A stretch of DNA of 64,000 nucleotides from Antedon mediterranea (lineage: Eukaryota; Animalia; Echinodermata), in NCBI RefSeq assembly GCF_964355755.1, contig NC_092674.1:19530001-19594000 (forward strand). Direction: 5' to 3'. The first letter of the stretch is position 1, and each line of letters begins with the position of its first letter. The translations under genes and the position numbers were made by a program. Shown piece by piece: positions 60,860 to 64,000 of this stretch. The notes beneath the pieces are model-generated. The model saw only the letters and a list, made by a program, of their open reading frames with translations, made no database searches and had not been told where the DNA came from.

Positions 60860-61405
60860 AAATTCACTGCCATCAAATATGATGTATTATGATTTATGTA
60901 GATTTTAAAAAAAAATGAACATGCAAGTTACATTTGGAAATTACCTGCTATCAATATGATGGAGTATGATTATAGATTTTTAAAGATGTGAACATGTCAG
61001 CAACATTTGGAAATTACCTGTCATCAATATGATGGATTATGATTATTGATTTAAAAAAGAATTTGAACACGTCAGCTACATTTGGAAATTTGGAAATTAC
61101 CTGCTATCAATATGATGGATTATGATTGTATAGGTTTGAAAGAAAATGTGAACACGTAAGCTACATTTGAAAATTACCTGCCATCAATATGATGGATTAT
61201 GATTATAGATTTTTAAAGATGTGAACACGTAAGCTACATTTGAAAATTACCTGCCATCAATATGATGGATTATGATTATAGATTTAAAAAACAATTTGAA
61301 CACATCAGCTACATTTGGAAATTTGGAAATTACCTGCCATCAATATGATGGATTATGATTGTATAGGTTTGAAAGAAAATGTGAACACGTAAGCTACATT
61401 TGGAA
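60860..61405. repeat. Minisatellite, ~73-bp unit, ~7 copies
   Basis: Repeated AAATTACCTGCCATCAATATGATGGATTATGATTATAGATTT..GAACACGTAAGCTACATTTG. Confidence 0.88.
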
Positions 61406-61419
61406 TCAACATGTTAAGG

Positions 61420-62643
61420 GCATCAGTTTTGATCATTCATGCAAAGGTTTCCGTCATCTTTAGCGTTGTTACAGCAGCATAAAGCTGTATATGGTAGTTT
61501 TGACTTCTTGCACCAACATCTATATGGTTATGCATCGTGTCTTGCATCTACAATAAATCATCTCTAACGAAGTAGGAATAGCTTCATTTTTCAGAAGCAC
61601 TGGTTGAAGTTTACCATTAGATAGCTCCCAACCAAAATATGTTGGTAATGGCAAATGCTGGATTGACGATACAGCTTTTTTCCATACGAGTGATTGGAAG
61701 TGTGCTCTTTTTATATGCTGGTGCACTGCATAGCTTGTTGGAGGTATGCCTCTGGTTTTGTTTTTTTTTAAATATGGCATGCCTAACTTAAAACTGTCGA
61801 TAAAGGACACCACCAGACAAAGATGAACCAAAAAAACACAGCCAGCCAAATTGCTGGTCGAACTTTTTGGCATTACAAGAAAATAAAGAAGATCTGGCAC
61901 GATTTCTATCAGAGGAGTTGATTTGTCAAGCTCCTATAGACAAAGAAATTGTCACAGCTGGTGGATTTATGGAAGAATCAGTTGTTAAATCATCAAAAGT
62001 CTACACGAATACGTTGTCTCTGGTAGCAGATCATGAAGAAGCGGACACGCGACTTGTCATGCTGCCAATGTCCGATACGACACAGTTGTAGTTGCTTCTA
62101 GGGATACAGACGTACTAGTGATTCTAGTGTCTCATTACCAAAGCATGGTATCCAAATGGATGATGACAGGGACATCCAAAAAAAGAAAGTATCTATAAAA
62201 GACATTTTTCAAGCCTTGCCGGATGGTTCTGCAAAAGCACTGATTCCATTCCACACTATTAGTGGATGCGATACTACCTCATATCCAGGGAAGAGTTAAA
62301 TTACATTGATACATACATACAGTAATTTAACTCTTCCCTGCTCATATCTAAGTGGTCACTCAAAGGCATCGGCATGGGAAGTATTAAACAAAAATTATGA
62401 ACTAATTAAAGACCTGGGAGAAACCTATCAGTGACCAAGTTATTATGAAATCGGAAAGATTCATTTGCTACGTTTACGGTGTTGGTCAAGTTAAAAGTAC
62501 CAATGAAGTTTGGCATGCCATGTTTAAAAAAAAAAAACCAGGGGCATTACCTCCAACAAGCTATGCAGTGCACCAACATATAAAAAGAGCACACTTCCAA
62601 GCACTCGTATGGAAAAAAGCTGTATCGCCAATATCCAGCATTT
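61420..62643. mobile_element. Rearranged Academ-like DNA transposon fragments (PIN/XPG-like region and Cys-rich C-terminus)
   Basis: Plus strand: NKEDL..FL, HEEADTRL, DTDVL, FH..SGCDT, LPPT..HIKRA..Q..W. Minus strand: PPT..HIKRA..W..P..GW..C.CK..C. Superfamily assigned from recalled motif order. Confidence 0.65.
62286..62340. mobile_element. 55-bp mini-element: 19-bp perfect TIRs, 17-bp filler, 8-bp TSD
   Basis: CTCATATC|CAGGGAAGAGTTAAATTAC-ATTGATACATACATACA-GTAATTTAACTCTTCCCTG|CTCATATC. Confidence 0.88.
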
Positions 62644-64000
62644 GTTTTGTATTGTATTTTATTGTATTGTATATTGTATAAATATTTTTGGAAAGTTTCC
62701 AAACTTGCAAATAACTATTCATTATTATTCGTTATATAGATGTATTGGTATGGAGTTTTTTCCGTGATTTTGTCGTAATATTTTACCTGGAAACCCATAT
62801 TGTTCCAAGGCGGTGTTCGTGAGTCCGGTAGGTTATTAAAAATCGTCTTGATTACAATTCTTAAAATCTCAAAAAATCTCACAAATCCTGAACTAAATGA
62901 TTAAGTTTACAGTACTATAGATAAGAGAGAATTAAGAGAAGAGGACAGTTTGATGGATATCTGTGGATATTTCTAGCTTTTTATATTATTTTTCTAGACT
63001 ATACCTAGGCCTAGGCTAGGCATAGCCTCTGTGGCAACGGTGTCGACCCATGATATACACCAGGGAATAGAAGCCTCATACCCATTCTTCTCATTGGGTA
63101 GTAACAAAGTGCGAGGCAGCGAGGCACGCGATGCAGGGAAGGCATGCGAGGCAAGTCAAGGCTGGTTTCCTGTCGACGTAAGAAGTCGAATTTTGCAACG
63201 ATTCTTGCGTTTCATACGTTTCTTACGTCTCTTACGAAAGTTGAGAAAAAATTGACGTCGTTGACGTTAGTCAAGATCGTGAGAAACCGCAGAGAAACAT
63301 CTGTAGTTATGCTGCTCCCGAAAGTTGAAATTTTGGCTGTGAAACACACGTCGTATGCTTACGTCGATTTTAGTGTTGTTACGAAAGTTGAAATTTTTTT
63401 CTTACGTCGGTCGGATTTATGACGTATTTGAAACAACATCTCTGATTAGTGTTTCTTTTTAGAGCGGGTTTTATCATTTTTCGCGCAAAATGTTGAATGT
63501 TGTTATTGTAGCCTACCTGTCAGTGCAGCACACCAACATGTTATTTTCAGTAGATAAGCTAGGCCCTAGTATTAGTAAAATACTTAATTAATACTGTACG
63601 GTACCGTAGGCTACTAATAGGAATTGATTTGACCAAATAATCAAACTAGCCTAGGCTAGTAGGCCTATGTATTATTTGTATGAATCAAAATATGAATTAA
63701 TTATCCTGGTCCTCTAGGCCTAGCCTTAAATAGTTTTCAAAATTAAAAAAAGGCAAATCATTTCGAGATTCCTATTATTATTAGACCTACCTAGGCCCTA
63801 GACTAGGCATTGGCCTATTGGCCTATAAGCATATCTAATCGAGCATGAGATAGTACTACCGCAGTAAGATACCCATTATTTACAGGCCTACAGTATAATC
63901 TATATATAAATTTACGTAAGGGCAAAATTCGGTAAATCGCGCTTTACTTCTAGAATTTTTACTCGATGGTATATAAAGTTGGTTCGTACTTTCGGTACTG

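Noticed and set aside
61780-62640. Functional link between the XPG-like transposon domain and host ERCC5
   Set aside because: Fragments are decayed, 36 kb away and share only the general PIN-like fold; co-location is probably coincidental.
198-64000. Inverted repeats at both window ends as TIRs of one giant element
   Set aside because: More simply two copies of a dispersed repeat; the interval contains ordinary host genes and no TSD can be assessed.

Overview
AT-rich animal genomic DNA (spliceosomal introns including U12-type; probably a marine invertebrate, by inference). Host content is a 6-exon secreted F-type-lectin/LamG/PAN gene (-), a complete 14-coding-exon ERCC5/XPG gene (-) with one GT-AG and one AT-AC minor-spliceosome intron, and a disrupted death-fold-NACHT-LRR (NLR) pseudogene (+). 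The NLR LRR region is split by a decayed APE-RT LINE. That LINE is itself split, inside its endonuclease, by an apparently intact 15.4-kb Maverick/Polinton (adintovirus-type) endogenous virus at 38890-54296, with AG...CT ends, ~390-420 bp TIRs and a 6-bp CACTTC TSD. Its core genes are pPolB, chromo-integrase, penton, DJR major capsid protein, adenain protease and packaging ATPase. Its accessory features are more unusual: a spliced Bcl-2-like gene, a single-chain tandem-PC4 protein, a SIM/zinc-motif protein, a two-exon spliced leader on pPolB and shared QxGG/QxGxG processing sites. A second, ~52% identical fragment of the viral Bcl-2-like gene lies outside the element at ~57.7 kb. The window also has tiny TSD-flanked palindromes resembling P-superfamily excision footprints, one family amplified into a 54-bp palindromic satellite, plus HINE-type elements, MITEs, LINE and Academ fragments and minisatellites. 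All assignments come from motifs read by eye; no searches were run.
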